Source: Sphingomonadaceae bacterium
GTDB lineage: Bacteria; Pseudomonadota; Alphaproteobacteria; Sphingomonadales; Sphingomonadaceae
Direction: 5' to 3'
DNA: 64,000 bases
Assembly: GCA_041396905.1 (NCBI GenBank)
Contig: JAWKXQ010000009.1
Coordinates: forward strand, 26,223 to 90,222
The notes below the pieces were generated by a model that saw only the letters and a list, made by a program, of their open reading frames with translations, searched no databases and had not been told where the DNA came from. Positions 9,038 to 19,037 of the stretch are shown in pieces. Made by a program: the position numbers and the translations under genes. The number at the start of each line of letters is the position of its first letter. The first letter of the stretch is position 1.

Positions 9038-9942
9038 TATGCCGTCCCCCAGACCTTGCGCGGGGTAACCCGCTCGGCCATCAATTTGTCCACCGCGCCG
9101 CCGACATCTGCCGGGTTCCAGCGCGCTGGCTGGTCCACGAAAGGCCCTTCGCGCCAGCCATCTTCCAGCATGATCTTGCCGCCTTCCAGTTCGAACACGC
9201 AGCCGCTGACATGGGCGCTTTCGCTGCTCCCCAGCCATACGACGGTGGGGGCGATATTGGCTGGGTCCATCACATCGAAGGCCTGACCTTCGGTCGCCAT
9301 CTTCTCGGCAAAGGCCTGCTCGGTCATGCGGGTGCGCGCCGACGGGGCCAGCGCATTGGCGGTGATGCCATAGCGGCCCAGTTCTGCGGCCTGCACCAGT
9401 GTGAGCGAGGCGATCCCGCCCTTGGCGGTGGAATAGGCCGCCTGCGCGATGGAGCCTTGCAGCCCGGCACCGCTGGTGGTGTTGATGATCCGCGCATCGG
9501 GATTTTGCCCGTCCTTCTGCTTCGCGCGCCAGTAATTCACTGCATGGCGGGCAATGCAAAAATGGCCGCGCAGATGGACATGCATGGTCGCATCCCATTC
9601 TTCCAGCGTGGCGGAAACGAACATCCGGTCGCGCACGATTCCGGCATTGTTGACCACCACATGCAGATCGCCAAAGGCGTCGATCGCAGCTTTGACGATC
9701 CGCTCGGCAGCGTCCCAGTCGGTCACGTCTTCGTAATTGGCGATGGCCTGGCCGCCAGCGGCCTTGATCTCTGCCACCACTTCATCTGCCGCGCTGGTAT
9801 CGCGCCCTTCGCCGCCCAGCGAGGTGCCGATATCGTTGACCACGACATTGGCCCCTTCCGCGGCATAGCCCAGCGCATAGGCGCGCCCGAGGCCGCGCGC
9901 GGCGCCGGTGATGATTACGGTCCGTCCGTCACAAATTCCCAT
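9037..9942 (-). CDS. SDR-family dehydrogenase (Hsd4A/MFE-2-type 3-hydroxyacyl-CoA or 17beta-hydroxysteroid dehydrogenase-like)
   Basis: Start trimmed to MGICDGRTVIITGAARGLGRAYAL. Has VVNNAGI and YSTAKGG catalytic motifs. Confidence 0.85.
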   Translation of the reverse strand: MGICDGRTVIITGAARGLGRAYALGYAAEGANVVVNDIGTSLGGEGRDTSAADEVVAEIKAAGGQAIANYEDVTDWDAAERIVKAAIDAFGDLHVVVNNAGIVRDRMFVSATLEEWDATMHVHLRGHFCIARHAVNYWRAKQKDGQNPDARIINTTSGAGLQGSIAQAAYSTAKGGIASLTLVQAAELGRYGITANALAPSARTRMTEQAFAEKMATEGQAFDVMDPANIAPTVVWLGSSESAHVSGCVFELEGGKIMLEDGWREGPFVDQPARWNPADVGGAVDKLMAERVTPRKVWGTA

Positions 9943-9943
9943 G

Positions 9944-10399
9944 TCAGTTATTTCCCTGATCCGGTGTTGTCTTGAGATGGGCGCTGGTGTCGCCCCAGAA
10001 ATCGACTCCGGCATAGGCGCGCCGGGTGAAATGCCATGCGCCGTCTGCCAGCGCGAAGTGATCGTGATAGCGCCCGCTCCCGATCACCCGCAGCGGCAGC
10101 GTGTCGGCCTGTTGCAGCACAGTCCATTGTGAGCGGCAGGCGGCACTCTCGCCATCCTCTGCGAGTTCGATCAGCGGGTTGCTGACCAGATGGCGGGTGC
10201 GCGGTGTTCCATCGTCATAGATATGCACGAAGCTGCGCCACATCGCGGTGATCGCCTCTGTCCCGCGCAGTTCCTTGCCGCCAACCACCACGCAGCCGCG
10301 GTCGAACAGGCGCGCGGCCTCTTCAAGGCGGCCCGCGTCAAAATGCTCGGCATAGGTGGCGAGCAGATTGGGAATGGCGAGGGCGGGGTTGAGCGTCAT
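9944..10399 (-). CDS. NTF2-superfamily SnoaL_4-like protein (BaiE/scytalone-dehydratase-like)
   Basis: 151 aa. Tyr16-x4-Asp21 and His70 sit at the spacing seen in the other three paralogues in this window. Confidence 0.6.
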   Translation of the reverse strand: MTLNPALAIPNLLATYAEHFDAGRLEEAARLFDRGCVVVGGKELRGTEAITAMWRSFVHIYDDGTPRTRHLVSNPLIELAEDGESAACRSQWTVLQQADTLPLRVIGSGRYHDHFALADGAWHFTRRAYAGVDFWGDTSAHLKTTPDQGNN

Positions 10400-10406
10400 G
10401 CTGGCT

Positions 10407-11558
10407 TCAGAGGCGCTCGATGATGGTCACATTGGCCTGACCGCCGCCTTCGCACATGGTTTGCAGGCCATAGCGACCGCCAGTATCTTCCAGTGCATGC
10501 AGCAGCGTGGTCATCAGCCGGGCCCCGGTGCCGCCCAGCGGATGGCCCAGCGCAATCGCACCGCCGCGCACATTCACTTTCTCATGCGGAATGCCCAGTT
10601 CCTTCATCCATGCCAGTGGCACGCTGGCAAAGGCTTCGTTGCATTCGAACAGGTCGATATCATCCACGCTCATGCCTGCCTTTTTCAGCGCATGCTGCGT
10701 GGCGGTGATGGGCGCGGTGAGCATCCATACGGGATCGTCCGCCCGCACAGACAAGTGATGAATGCGCGCGCGCGGCGTTAGACCGTGGTGTTTCACGGCC
10801 TGTTCGCTTGCCACTAGCATGGCGGCAGAACCGTCACAATTCTGGCTGGCAACACCGGCCGTGATCGTGCCTTCGCCGCCCACGGGATTGAGCGCAGCAA
10901 GCCCTTCCAGCGTGGTGCCGGGGCGGATGGTTTCGTCCTGCTCCAGCCCTTCCAGCGGGGCGATTTCCCGCTTGAAAGCGCCTGCTTCCGTCGCAGCCTG
11001 CGCGCGGGCATGGGATGCGACAGCAAATTCTTCCATCGCGGTGCGGCTGATCTCCCACTTGTCCGCAATCATCTGCGCGCTGGCGATCTGGTTGAGCAAA
11101 CCGTCGCCATAGCGTTCGACCCAGCCGGGCGAAGTGTTGAAAGGATTGTCAAAGCCATAGGGCTGGCCCGCATACATGGCGGCGGAGATCGGGATGGCGT
11201 TCATCGCCTGACTGCCACCGGCCACGACCAGATCCTGCGTCCCGCTCATCACGCCCTGCGCGGCGAAATGCAACGCCTGCTGGCTCGATCCGCATTGCCG
11301 GTCCACCGTGGTGCCGGGCACATGTTGCGGCAGGCCCGCCACCAGCCACACAGTGCGGCCAATATCGCCAGCCTGCGGGCCAATCGTGTCGCAGCAGCCC
11401 CACACGACATCGTCCACCGCATTGGCGTCAATCCCTGTGCGCGCGACCAGTTCGCGGATCGGATGCGCGCCCAGATCTGCCGGGTGGAGATGGGCAAGGC
11501 TGCCCTTTTTGCGCCCGATGGGGCTGCGCACAGCGTCGATAATATAGGCTTCTGCCAT
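10407..11558 (-). CDS. Thiolase (FadA6-like by context)
   Basis: Start trimmed to MAEAYIIDAVRSPIGRKKG after GAGGAA. Has DRQCGSSQQA active site, GHPLGGTGARL and MCEGGGQAN. Confidence 0.9.
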   Translation of the reverse strand: MAEAYIIDAVRSPIGRKKGSLAHLHPADLGAHPIRELVARTGIDANAVDDVVWGCCDTIGPQAGDIGRTVWLVAGLPQHVPGTTVDRQCGSSQQALHFAAQGVMSGTQDLVVAGGSQAMNAIPISAAMYAGQPYGFDNPFNTSPGWVERYGDGLLNQIASAQMIADKWEISRTAMEEFAVASHARAQAATEAGAFKREIAPLEGLEQDETIRPGTTLEGLAALNPVGGEGTITAGVASQNCDGSAAMLVASEQAVKHHGLTPRARIHHLSVRADDPVWMLTAPITATQHALKKAGMSVDDIDLFECNEAFASVPLAWMKELGIPHEKVNVRGGAIALGHPLGGTGARLMTTLLHALEDTGGRYGLQTMCEGGGQANVTIIERL

Positions 11559-11568
11559 GTCAGTTTCC

Positions 11569-12501
11569 TCAGGCGAATGTGTGTTCAGGGCCGATGGCCA
11601 GCGCGCCGCCGATGACTGCATCATCGACTCGCTTCAGATGGAAAGCGCGGCTGCCCCAAGCTCCACCGAGCGCCCATGCGCGCTTCATCCAGAAATGCAG
11701 GTCAACCTCATAAGTATAGCCCATCGCACCATGCACCTGGATCGCACTCTCTGCGGCCAGAAATGCAGCGTCAGTCGCGGCGATCTTGGCATGGCTGACA
11801 TGGACCGGAGCGCTGGCCGCGCCATCGTCCATTGCCTGCGCCGCGCGCCACGCCACAGGGCGGGCGAATTCCAGCGCCACCGCGACATCGGCCAGCTTGT
11901 GCTTCAATGCCTGAAACCCGCCCACCGGCTGGCCGAACTGTTCGCGGATCTTCGAATATTCGACCGCCTGATCGAGCATCGCCTCCGCCAGTCCAACCAA
12001 TTGCGCCGCGCTCATCAAGGCACCCAGATCAAGCAGGTGCGGATCGTCGCTGGCATCTGCGGGCAGGGCGCTGAGGTTGCGCAGCGGATCGACGCTGTCC
12101 AGTGCTTCGCCGTCGCCATCGGCCTGCCAGCCATTGATGGTGTGTGCAGGCAGGACGCGCTGCTCGCCTGCGGCAATGGCGGCCAGATCATCGGTCTGGT
12201 CCTGCGCCAGCAACCACGGCACTGCGACAAAGGCGCTGTCCACCAGCGGCTCTGCCAGAGCGGCACGGCCGCATTCGCGCGCGATCAGCGCGGCATCGAG
12301 CAGGCCCATGCCAAGCCCTTCATGCTCTTCGGGCACCAGCAGCCCGGTCAGGCCCATTTCGACCAGACCCTGCCAGATTGCGGGATCACGATTAGGCCCG
12401 GCATCGAGCCGCCGCAGAACCTCTGGCCCATGCGTGCCCGACAGGTAATCACGCACGGCTTCGGCCAGTTCCAGCCGTTCAGGAGCAATCAGCATATCCA
12501 T
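11569..12501 (-). CDS. Short acyl-CoA dehydrogenase-family protein (probable beta subunit of a heteromeric steroid ACAD)
   Basis: 310 aa, with an ACAD C-terminal region (QVHGAMGYTYEVDLHFWMKRA). 1-nt start/stop overlap with the 387-aa ACAD upstream. Confidence 0.8.
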   Translation of the reverse strand: MDMLIAPERLELAEAVRDYLSGTHGPEVLRRLDAGPNRDPAIWQGLVEMGLTGLLVPEEHEGLGMGLLDAALIARECGRAALAEPLVDSAFVAVPWLLAQDQTDDLAAIAAGEQRVLPAHTINGWQADGDGEALDSVDPLRNLSALPADASDDPHLLDLGALMSAAQLVGLAEAMLDQAVEYSKIREQFGQPVGGFQALKHKLADVAVALEFARPVAWRAAQAMDDGAASAPVHVSHAKIAATDAAFLAAESAIQVHGAMGYTYEVDLHFWMKRAWALGGAWGSRAFHLKRVDDAVIGGALAIGPEHTFA

Positions 12502-13664
12502 CAGCCTGCTCCCACTCTGGGCATACCGAGCAATCGCTCTGCCGTGATATTGCGCTGGATCTCGTTCGACCCGGCATAGATCGGGCCGGAGAGCGAGAAG
12601 ATGTAACCCTCCAGCCAGTCATTCATGCTGCCATCGTCAAAGCGGCGCAGTTCCGCCGCTGCGCCGAGCAATTGCATCGCCGTGCGGTTCATCGCGCGGT
12701 CTAGTTCGGACCAGAAAATCTTGTTGAGGCTGGCCTCTGCGCCGATGCTGCCGCCTGCCATGATCTTCGCCGCCACGGCATAGGTGTTGTAGGCATAGGC
12801 CTGCGTATCCATCCACGCCTTGGCCACCGCTTCGCGAGCCGAGGGCGCGGCGTCAGCCTCATGCTTGCGGAACAGTTCGACCAGCCGCCTTGCGGTCGCC
12901 TGAAACCGGCCGGGAGAGCGCAGCATCAGCCCGCGTTCGAAACCGGCGGTGGCCATCGCGACCTTCCACCCTTCGCCTTCGCCCGCCAGCCGGTTTTCCA
13001 CCGGCACGCGGACATCGTCAAAGAACAGTTCGGCAAAGCCGGGATGGCCATGCAACTGGCGGATCGGGCGGCGGGTGATGCCCGGCGTGTCGAGATCGAA
13101 CAGCACGAAGCTCAACCCCTTGTGGCGCTGGCTCCCTTCCTCTGTGCGGAACAGGCCAAAGCCCCAATCGGCAAAGCTGGCGCGGCTGGACCATGTCTTC
13201 TGGCCGTTGATCACGTAATGATCGCCATCGCGGTAAGCGGTGGTCTTGATCGCGGCCATGTCGCTGCCGGCCCCCGGTTCGGACCATGCCTGCGCCCAGA
13301 TCACTTCGCCTGCGGCCATGGGGGTGAGGAAGCGCGCCTTCTGCTCCTCCGTGCCATATTCCATGATTGTGGGGCCAAGCAGGAAGATGCCGTTCTGGTT
13401 GGCGCGCAAGGGCGCACCGGAACCCCAATATTCCTCTTCGAAAATCAGCCACTGGATCAGGTCGAGCCCGCGCCCGCCATAGGCTTCGGGCCAGGTGACC
13501 ATGCCCCAGTTCCCGCTCGCCAGCTGGCGTTCCCATGCGACATGCTGGTCATAGCCTTCGCGGCATTCCAGCGTCACCAGCGGATTGGCAGGCTTGTTGG
13601 CCGCCAGCCAGCTGCGGATTTCGGCGCGGAATGCGTCCTGTTCGAGGGTGTAGGAAAGATCCAT
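12501..13664 (-). CDS. Acyl-CoA dehydrogenase (probable alpha subunit)
   Basis: 387 aa. WSEPGAGSDMAA, PIYAGSNEIQRNI. Confidence 0.9.
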   Translation of the reverse strand: MDLSYTLEQDAFRAEIRSWLAANKPANPLVTLECREGYDQHVAWERQLASGNWGMVTWPEAYGGRGLDLIQWLIFEEEYWGSGAPLRANQNGIFLLGPTIMEYGTEEQKARFLTPMAAGEVIWAQAWSEPGAGSDMAAIKTTAYRDGDHYVINGQKTWSSRASFADWGFGLFRTEEGSQRHKGLSFVLFDLDTPGITRRPIRQLHGHPGFAELFFDDVRVPVENRLAGEGEGWKVAMATAGFERGLMLRSPGRFQATARRLVELFRKHEADAAPSAREAVAKAWMDTQAYAYNTYAVAAKIMAGGSIGAEASLNKIFWSELDRAMNRTAMQLLGAAAELRRFDDGSMNDWLEGYIFSLSGPIYAGSNEIQRNITAERLLGMPRVGAG

Positions 13665-14419
13665 CAGAATTCCGCCGCCTTCCCGGTTTCGACAAAGGCA
13701 TCGCGGCTCTTCTGGCTGTCTTCATGCATGTACATTTCCAGCGTGAAACCCTGTTCCCAGCGATAACCGCGATCGACATCACGCTCTTCCAGCCCGTTCA
13801 GCGCTTCCTTGGCGATCACCAGCGCCTTGCGGCTCTTGGATGCGATGACAGCGCAAAAGCCACGCGCTTCGGCCAGCAGATCGGCGCGGGGCACGACCTT
13901 TTCGACTGCACCCAGGCGATAGGCTTCCTCTGCCGGGATATTGCCGCCGGTGAAGAAGGCAGCGCGCACCTTGTGCAGCGGCAACATGCGCGAAAGATGG
14001 CTGGCACCGCCCATGGCCCCACGGTCCACTTCGGGCAGGCTGAAATAGGCATCGTCAGCCGCGATGATCGTGTCAGACGCGCCGCACATGCCGATCCCGC
14101 CGCCAATCACGAATTTATGCACTGCGCTCACCACGGGCACCTGTGCATCGCGGATCGCCTTGAAGGTCAGGTAATTGCCGCGATTGAGCAGCGTGATCCG
14201 CTCGGGATGGGCCTGCATTTCCTTGATATCGACCCCGCCGCAAAAGCCGCGTGCATCCTCTGCCGCGCGCAGCAACACACAGTTCACATCTTCCCGGCTG
14301 GCAGCCTCTGTAATGATCTGCGGGATCGACAGCCAGGTTGCGCTGTCAAAGGCGTTGACCGGGGGAACATCGAACACGATCTCTGCAATGCGATCCGTGA
14401 CGGTGGTGGTGATAGGCAT
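13664..14419 (-). CDS. Enoyl-CoA hydratase/isomerase (crotonase) family
   Basis: 251 aa. AEIVFDVPPVNAF...FCGGVDIKEM crotonase oxyanion-hole pattern. Confidence 0.85.
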   Translation of the reverse strand: MPITTTVTDRIAEIVFDVPPVNAFDSATWLSIPQIITEAASREDVNCVLLRAAEDARGFCGGVDIKEMQAHPERITLLNRGNYLTFKAIRDAQVPVVSAVHKFVIGGGIGMCGASDTIIAADDAYFSLPEVDRGAMGGASHLSRMLPLHKVRAAFFTGGNIPAEEAYRLGAVEKVVPRADLLAEARGFCAVIASKSRKALVIAKEALNGLEERDVDRGYRWEQGFTLEMYMHEDSQKSRDAFVETGKAAEF

Positions 14420-15507
14420 CAGGCAGCTCCCTTGAGCGCGTTGGTCTCGCCAGAAAGCGCTGCGATCCTCGCACGCGCTTCGTTTTCGATCCGGGTGAGC
14501 AGCTCTGCGCAGCTCGGCAAATCATCGAGCCGCCCGGCGACGAGGCCGGAGGCCATCAGCCCGTTCGCGGCATCGCCATCCACCACGGCCTTCTGGATCA
14601 GCACGGGTGCAGCAGCGGCCAGCATCGCTTCGGGCAGAGACATGGCCCCATGGCTGGTCATCTGGCGTGCGGCGGAAATCATCTCGCCCCAGCTGGCCCC
14701 GGTCTCCCGCTTCATGGCAAGGCCCGCCAGCAGCCCGCGCCGCCATTTGGCCAGCGCTCCGCCACGCTCGATCCGGTCGAGCATGGGGTTGGAAATCATC
14801 CGCTGGGGCATACCATCGACTTTCTTCGTCACGAAAATGTCGCCGGTTCCGGCCCTAGTATAGGCAGCTTTGACCTGTTCCGGTACCGGGCTGTCGCTGG
14901 TCATCATGAAGCGGCTGCCCATGGCGATGCCGCTGGCGCCATAGGCCAGCGCTGCGGCCAGCCCGCGCCCATCGGCAAATCCGCCTGCGGCCGCCACCGG
15001 CACATTCACGGCGTCAAGCACTTGCGGAAGCAGCACAGTGGTGGCCACCGCGCCAGTATGTCCGCCGCCTTCGCCGCCCTGCACAGTGATCGCCTGGCAT
15101 CCCAGCGCGACCATCTTCTGCGCATGTTTGATCGCGCCGACCGTCGGGATGCAGACGATACCGGCATCGCGGAACCGCTCGATCATACTCGCATCCGGCC
15201 CGCGCCCGAAACTGACCGCTTTTACCCGGTCCGCATTGGCCAGAATTATCTCGACAATTTCCTTCGCGCCCGGCTGGAAGCTATGGAAATTGACCCCGAA
15301 ATTATGCGTGGTCAGCCCTTTGGTCTGCTCGATGGCTGCGGCCAGTTCCGCCGGTTTCATCACCGCCCCGGCAAGAAAGCCGAACGCCCCGGCATTGCTG
15401 CTGGCCGCCACCAGTTGCGGAGTGGCAATCCAGCCCATTGCGGTCTGGATCACCGGCAGGCGGCAACCGAGCAGCTGTGTCAGCGAAGTGGCGAGCGGGT
15501 CAGCCAT
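14419..15507 (-). CDS. ipdC: Nitronate monooxygenase-family FMN oxidoreductase (IpdC-like acyl-CoA reductase of HIP catabolism by context)
   Basis: 362 aa. LGCRLPVIQTAMGWIATPQLVAASSNAGAFGFL and GGEGGGH are typical of the NMO/2-nitropropane dioxygenase fold. Placement next to ipdAB matches the actinobacterial KstR2 regulon layout. Confidence 0.65.
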   Translation of the reverse strand: MADPLATSLTQLLGCRLPVIQTAMGWIATPQLVAASSNAGAFGFLAGAVMKPAELAAAIEQTKGLTTHNFGVNFHSFQPGAKEIVEIILANADRVKAVSFGRGPDASMIERFRDAGIVCIPTVGAIKHAQKMVALGCQAITVQGGEGGGHTGAVATTVLLPQVLDAVNVPVAAAGGFADGRGLAAALAYGASGIAMGSRFMMTSDSPVPEQVKAAYTRAGTGDIFVTKKVDGMPQRMISNPMLDRIERGGALAKWRRGLLAGLAMKRETGASWGEMISAARQMTSHGAMSLPEAMLAAAAPVLIQKAVVDGDAANGLMASGLVAGRLDDLPSCAELLTRIENEARARIAALSGETNALKGAA

Positions 15508-16406
15508 CAGCCTTTGCCAGCCTCGGCCTTGTTCGCCGCAGCTGCGGATTTTCCGCTGACGCCGCTGATCGAATCCCCGGTTACAATGTCATTCTGTGCA
15601 TGGGCGAAATGGTGCATGTGGAACACTGCATCCATCGCTGCCCGCTTGCCGCGCAATTCCTCGACATGGTTCACCGCCTGCTTGGTCAGCCAGTTGCCGA
15701 GCCGGTTCTGGCCCGCCAGCTTGCTGGCCCAAGCAGCGGTGGCTTCGCGCAATTCCTCACGCGGGACGATCTTGTTGACCATCCCGAAATCATAGGCCCG
15801 CTGAGCGCCCATACGCTCACCCAGCAGCAGAAATTCCTTGGCCACGCGCGGCGGCAGCTCATAGGCATGAGCGAAATATTCTACACCGGGAATACCCATC
15901 AGCGGATTGACCGGGTCCTGGAAGAACGCGTCTTCGCTGGCGACAATCAGGTCGCAGGTCCAGGCCAGCATCAGGCCGCCCGCGATGCAGGCACCCTGAA
16001 CCATGGCGATGGTCGGCTTTGGCACATCGCGCCAGCGGCGGCACATGCCCAGATATTGTTCCTGCTCACGCGTATAGAGCAGCTCAGCCGCAGGCTTGTT
16101 GGTATGCGGCGGCAGCATTAGCCGCTTGTCGAATTCGTGATGCAGGTCACGCCCTGGCGTGCCGATATCGTGCCCGGCAGAGAAATGCTTGCCTTCGCCC
16201 GCCAGCACAATGCAGCGCACACCATCATCCTGCACTGCGCGATTAAAGGCATCGTCCAGCGCATAGGTCATCTGCCCGTTCTGCGCATTGTTGAAGCCGG
16301 GGCGGTTCATGGTAATCCATGCCACGCCATCGGCCACTTCATAGCGGACCGGTTCATCGGTTTCGTAGGTGATGTCCGTCTTTTTCGGGTCAACCAGATC
16401 GGTCAT
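15507..16406 (-). CDS. Enoyl-CoA hydratase/isomerase family (EchA20/ScdN-like ring-hydrolase candidate)
   Basis: 299 aa. VAWITMNRPGFNNAQN...FSAGHD crotonase pattern. Adjacent to ipdB. Confidence 0.8.
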   Translation of the reverse strand: MTDLVDPKKTDITYETDEPVRYEVADGVAWITMNRPGFNNAQNGQMTYALDDAFNRAVQDDGVRCIVLAGEGKHFSAGHDIGTPGRDLHHEFDKRLMLPPHTNKPAAELLYTREQEQYLGMCRRWRDVPKPTIAMVQGACIAGGLMLAWTCDLIVASEDAFFQDPVNPLMGIPGVEYFAHAYELPPRVAKEFLLLGERMGAQRAYDFGMVNKIVPREELREATAAWASKLAGQNRLGNWLTKQAVNHVEELRGKRAAMDAVFHMHHFAHAQNDIVTGDSISGVSGKSAAAANKAEAGKG

Positions 16407-16419
16407 GCTACCTTCTCCC

Positions 16420-17208
16420 TTAATTCGCCGGTGTGGCGGGCGGATTATCTTTCAGCACCTTGTGCCGCACGCCATGCGGATCGAGCGCGGCGATATTGTC
16501 CAGCTGCTCGCTGGTGGGCAGGGGCGTTTCGCCTGCCACTGCGTCGATCAGGGTAAAGCCGGTGGCGGCTTGCACATCATCGAAAGTGACGCCGGGATGG
16601 AGCGAGACCACGCGGATGGCATTGTCTGGCCCACCAAAATCCATCACGCACAGATTGGTCACGATCTTGCGCAGGTCGATACCGGAATAATTGCCGCCTG
16701 CGATGCGCCGCGCCGGATTATGGCCGGGGCTGGATATGCGATCGACTTCACCTTCCACAAAGACGCGGGTGGAATGCATTGGAATGAACATCGAATTGGC
16801 GTGATAGATGCCATTGCCGGGGAAACCACGCGCGCCCAGCATCTGCACCTTGGGTTGTTCATACGTGCCACCAAGGGCGGACAGATTGGTCTGGCCGAAC
16901 TGGTCAACCTGCGTCGGTGTGACCATGGCATGACGCCGCCCGGTCCACACCGCGCTGTCAAAAAAACGACTGAAGGGCAGGTATCCGGCAGGCTTGCGCG
17001 CATCATAGTCGCGCGGGCCGATGGGCACGGGCTGTTCGACCAGATAGGCTTCGCCATCGGTCATCATCAGGCCGGGCGAATGCGTCAGCTTGGCGAGACC
17101 AACGCCGAGGCGCGGGATAGGCCCGATTCCTGTGCCGACCAGTTCCCGATCCGTGCGAAAGGCTTCTGCTACGGCGGCAATGCACAATTCTGCGAGTGTA
17201 ACGGTCAC
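16420..17208 (-). CDS. ipdB: CoA-transferase family I beta subunit (IpdB-like)
   Basis: 262 aa with a GTG start after GAGGAG. The N-terminal LAELCIAAVAEAFRTD...GIGPIPRLG pattern matches the IpdB-like sequence I remember. Paired with the alpha subunit upstream. Confidence 0.7.
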   Translation of the reverse strand: MTVTLAELCIAAVAEAFRTDRELVGTGIGPIPRLGVGLAKLTHSPGLMMTDGEAYLVEQPVPIGPRDYDARKPAGYLPFSRFFDSAVWTGRRHAMVTPTQVDQFGQTNLSALGGTYEQPKVQMLGARGFPGNGIYHANSMFIPMHSTRVFVEGEVDRISSPGHNPARRIAGGNYSGIDLRKIVTNLCVMDFGGPDNAIRVVSLHPGVTFDDVQAATGFTLIDAVAGETPLPTSEQLDNIAALDPHGVRHKVLKDNPPATPAN

Positions 17209-17220
17209 AGCGCGATCTCC

Positions 17221-18105
17221 TCAGAAAATCGGCAGGGGCAGGGCCCCGACCGCATCAATGCCGCCAACCGAAGCGAGATAGTCTTCCTCGCTCGCGCCAA
17301 CCATTTGCGCCTGCACGCTGGCCCAGTCGCCCGGATCCTTCGCCGCGCCGGTATAGGATTTGAACCAGCCCATGTCCCAGCCATAGGCAGGCGGCATGGA
17401 GGTGGGATGGGCGCCGCCCTTCGCCTCGGTCACGCCGGTGACGAAGCAACGTTCAAAGATATTGGCTTGGGCGTCTTCGGGATAGGCATCTTCCATCGCG
17501 GGAACGAGTTCTTCGCAGCTGACAAAGGCCTTGTCAGCGGCCTTGGCGAACCATTCGTCATAATAGGTGTCCGGCCCCAGTGCCTGCACATTGCCGCGAT
17601 GATCGCAGCGGTGAACATGGATCAGCGCGGCATCCAGTTTCAGCGCAGGCATTGCGACCATCACTTCGCCATCTTCATAGGGGGACTGCACGGTCTTGAG
17701 CCCGCCCAGTTCCACCAGATCGGTGCCCAGCCCCACGCGGGTGGGGAGGAAGGGTAGCTGGAAGGCAGCGGCCTTCAGCCCCCATTGGAACATGCCTTCA
17801 TCCAGTTCGAGAATTTTGATCTGGCCCGCTTCGCGTGCCTTGCGGAACCATGGCTCCAGCGGGATCGCGTCGAGCGAGACGAAAGCGAAGACCAGTTTCT
17901 TCACCTTGCCCGCGGCGCAGAGCATGCCGACATCCGGCCCGCCATAGGAAATAATGGTCAGGTCGGTGAGGTCAGAGCGCAGGATTTCCCGCACCAGCGC
18001 CATCGGCTTGCGCCGAGGGCCCCAGCCGCCAATGCCCAGCGTCATTCCGCTTTCGAGCTGGCCGACGATCTCGGCCGCACTCATGCGTTTGTCTAGCCCG
18101 CTCAT
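17221..18105 (-). CDS. ipdA: CoA-transferase family I alpha subunit (IpdA-like)
   Basis: Start trimmed to MSGLDKRMSAAEIV...GMTLGIGGWG, with ATGA overlap with the dioxygenase stop. Glutaconate/3-oxoacid CoA-transferase A-type N-terminus. Confidence 0.7.
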   Translation of the reverse strand: MSGLDKRMSAAEIVGQLESGMTLGIGGWGPRRKPMALVREILRSDLTDLTIISYGGPDVGMLCAAGKVKKLVFAFVSLDAIPLEPWFRKAREAGQIKILELDEGMFQWGLKAAAFQLPFLPTRVGLGTDLVELGGLKTVQSPYEDGEVMVAMPALKLDAALIHVHRCDHRGNVQALGPDTYYDEWFAKAADKAFVSCEELVPAMEDAYPEDAQANIFERCFVTGVTEAKGGAHPTSMPPAYGWDMGWFKSYTGAAKDPGDWASVQAQMVGASEEDYLASVGGIDAVGALPLPIF

Positions 18106-19034
18106 TCGGCTGCCTCTGCTTTCTGTGCTTCTTCCATGGCATTCTGCCAGGCCCAGACATGCCCCCATTCGCTGGGCATGGCATGAGCGGTGGCTTCCCA
18201 GTTTGCAGGGTCGATCTGCAGCGAGTCGCAGCCGATCTCCAGGTCGAAACCGCTCGGCGTCTGCATGTAGAAGCCCAGCGTTTCGTCATTCACATGGCGG
18301 CCCAGCGTGGCGCTTTCTGGCACATTGGCCATGCGCATCCGGTCATGGCATTTGCCGACATCGCTGAGATTTTCCATCTGCAGCATCAGATGGATGCAAC
18401 GCGGCGGAACCTGCGGCATTTCGCCAAAGGCCACCGCGTGGTGGCGGGCATTATCCGCATGCATAAAGGCAAAGCGCATGCCCGGTCCGGTCTGATCGGG
18501 CGAAAATTTGAATTCCGGCATATCCGTGTCGTGGAAGCCGACGACATCGTGATAGAAACCATGCATTGCGTCGAAATCGGGTGCGGCGAAGACTGCATGG
18601 CCCATGCCCATATCGCCGGTCACAAAGCCAGAGACACCCTTTGGCGAGACAAAGGCAACATCGTCCCTCGCTGCGCCGCAGCAGAATTCCAGCCCGTTGC
18701 CGGCCGGATCGCTGGTCGCGAAGAATGCCTCTACGCTGCGCGCAGCACAGGCGGCTGCATCGCCCCATTGTACGGGCTGACTGGCCTGTTCGATCCGCTC
18801 TGCCAGCGCATCGAGCGAGGCGCGGCTGTCCATCTCGTATCCGGCAGCGGCCAGACAATCCGCATGACTGCGCACAATCCGGAACCGGAAAGGCCGATCA
18901 TCAATGCGATACAGTGCCGCGCCATCGGCGCTCTGCCCGGCGGACATGACCCCCACCACATGGGTGAGATAGCGATCCCACGCCGCCGGATCGGCGGTTT
19001 CCACGATAACGTAACTCAGTTCCTTGATAGCCAT
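18102..19034 (-). CDS. hsaC: Type I extradiol (VOC-fold) catechol dioxygenase (HsaC/TesB/BphC-like)
   Basis: 310 aa. The N-terminus MAIKELSYVIVETADPAAWDRYLTHVVGVM parallels the HsaC/BphC N-terminus. Two-domain VOC size. Context with hsaADEFG-type genes. Confidence 0.75.
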   Translation of the reverse strand: MAIKELSYVIVETADPAAWDRYLTHVVGVMSAGQSADGAALYRIDDRPFRFRIVRSHADCLAAAGYEMDSRASLDALAERIEQASQPVQWGDAAACAARSVEAFFATSDPAGNGLEFCCGAARDDVAFVSPKGVSGFVTGDMGMGHAVFAAPDFDAMHGFYHDVVGFHDTDMPEFKFSPDQTGPGMRFAFMHADNARHHAVAFGEMPQVPPRCIHLMLQMENLSDVGKCHDRMRMANVPESATLGRHVNDETLGFYMQTPSGFDLEIGCDSLQIDPANWEATAHAMPSEWGHVWAWQNAMEEAQKAEAAE

Positions 19035-19037
19035 GGG

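Noticed and set aside
9038-9598. N-terminal 187-aa extension of the ACAD ORF 7979-9598
   Set aside because: The extension overlaps the well-supported SDR gene (9037-9942) in another frame and has a nonsense-like composition. The ACAD homology starts at MDFAFTDEQQ (ATG at 9037), which abuts the SDR stop.
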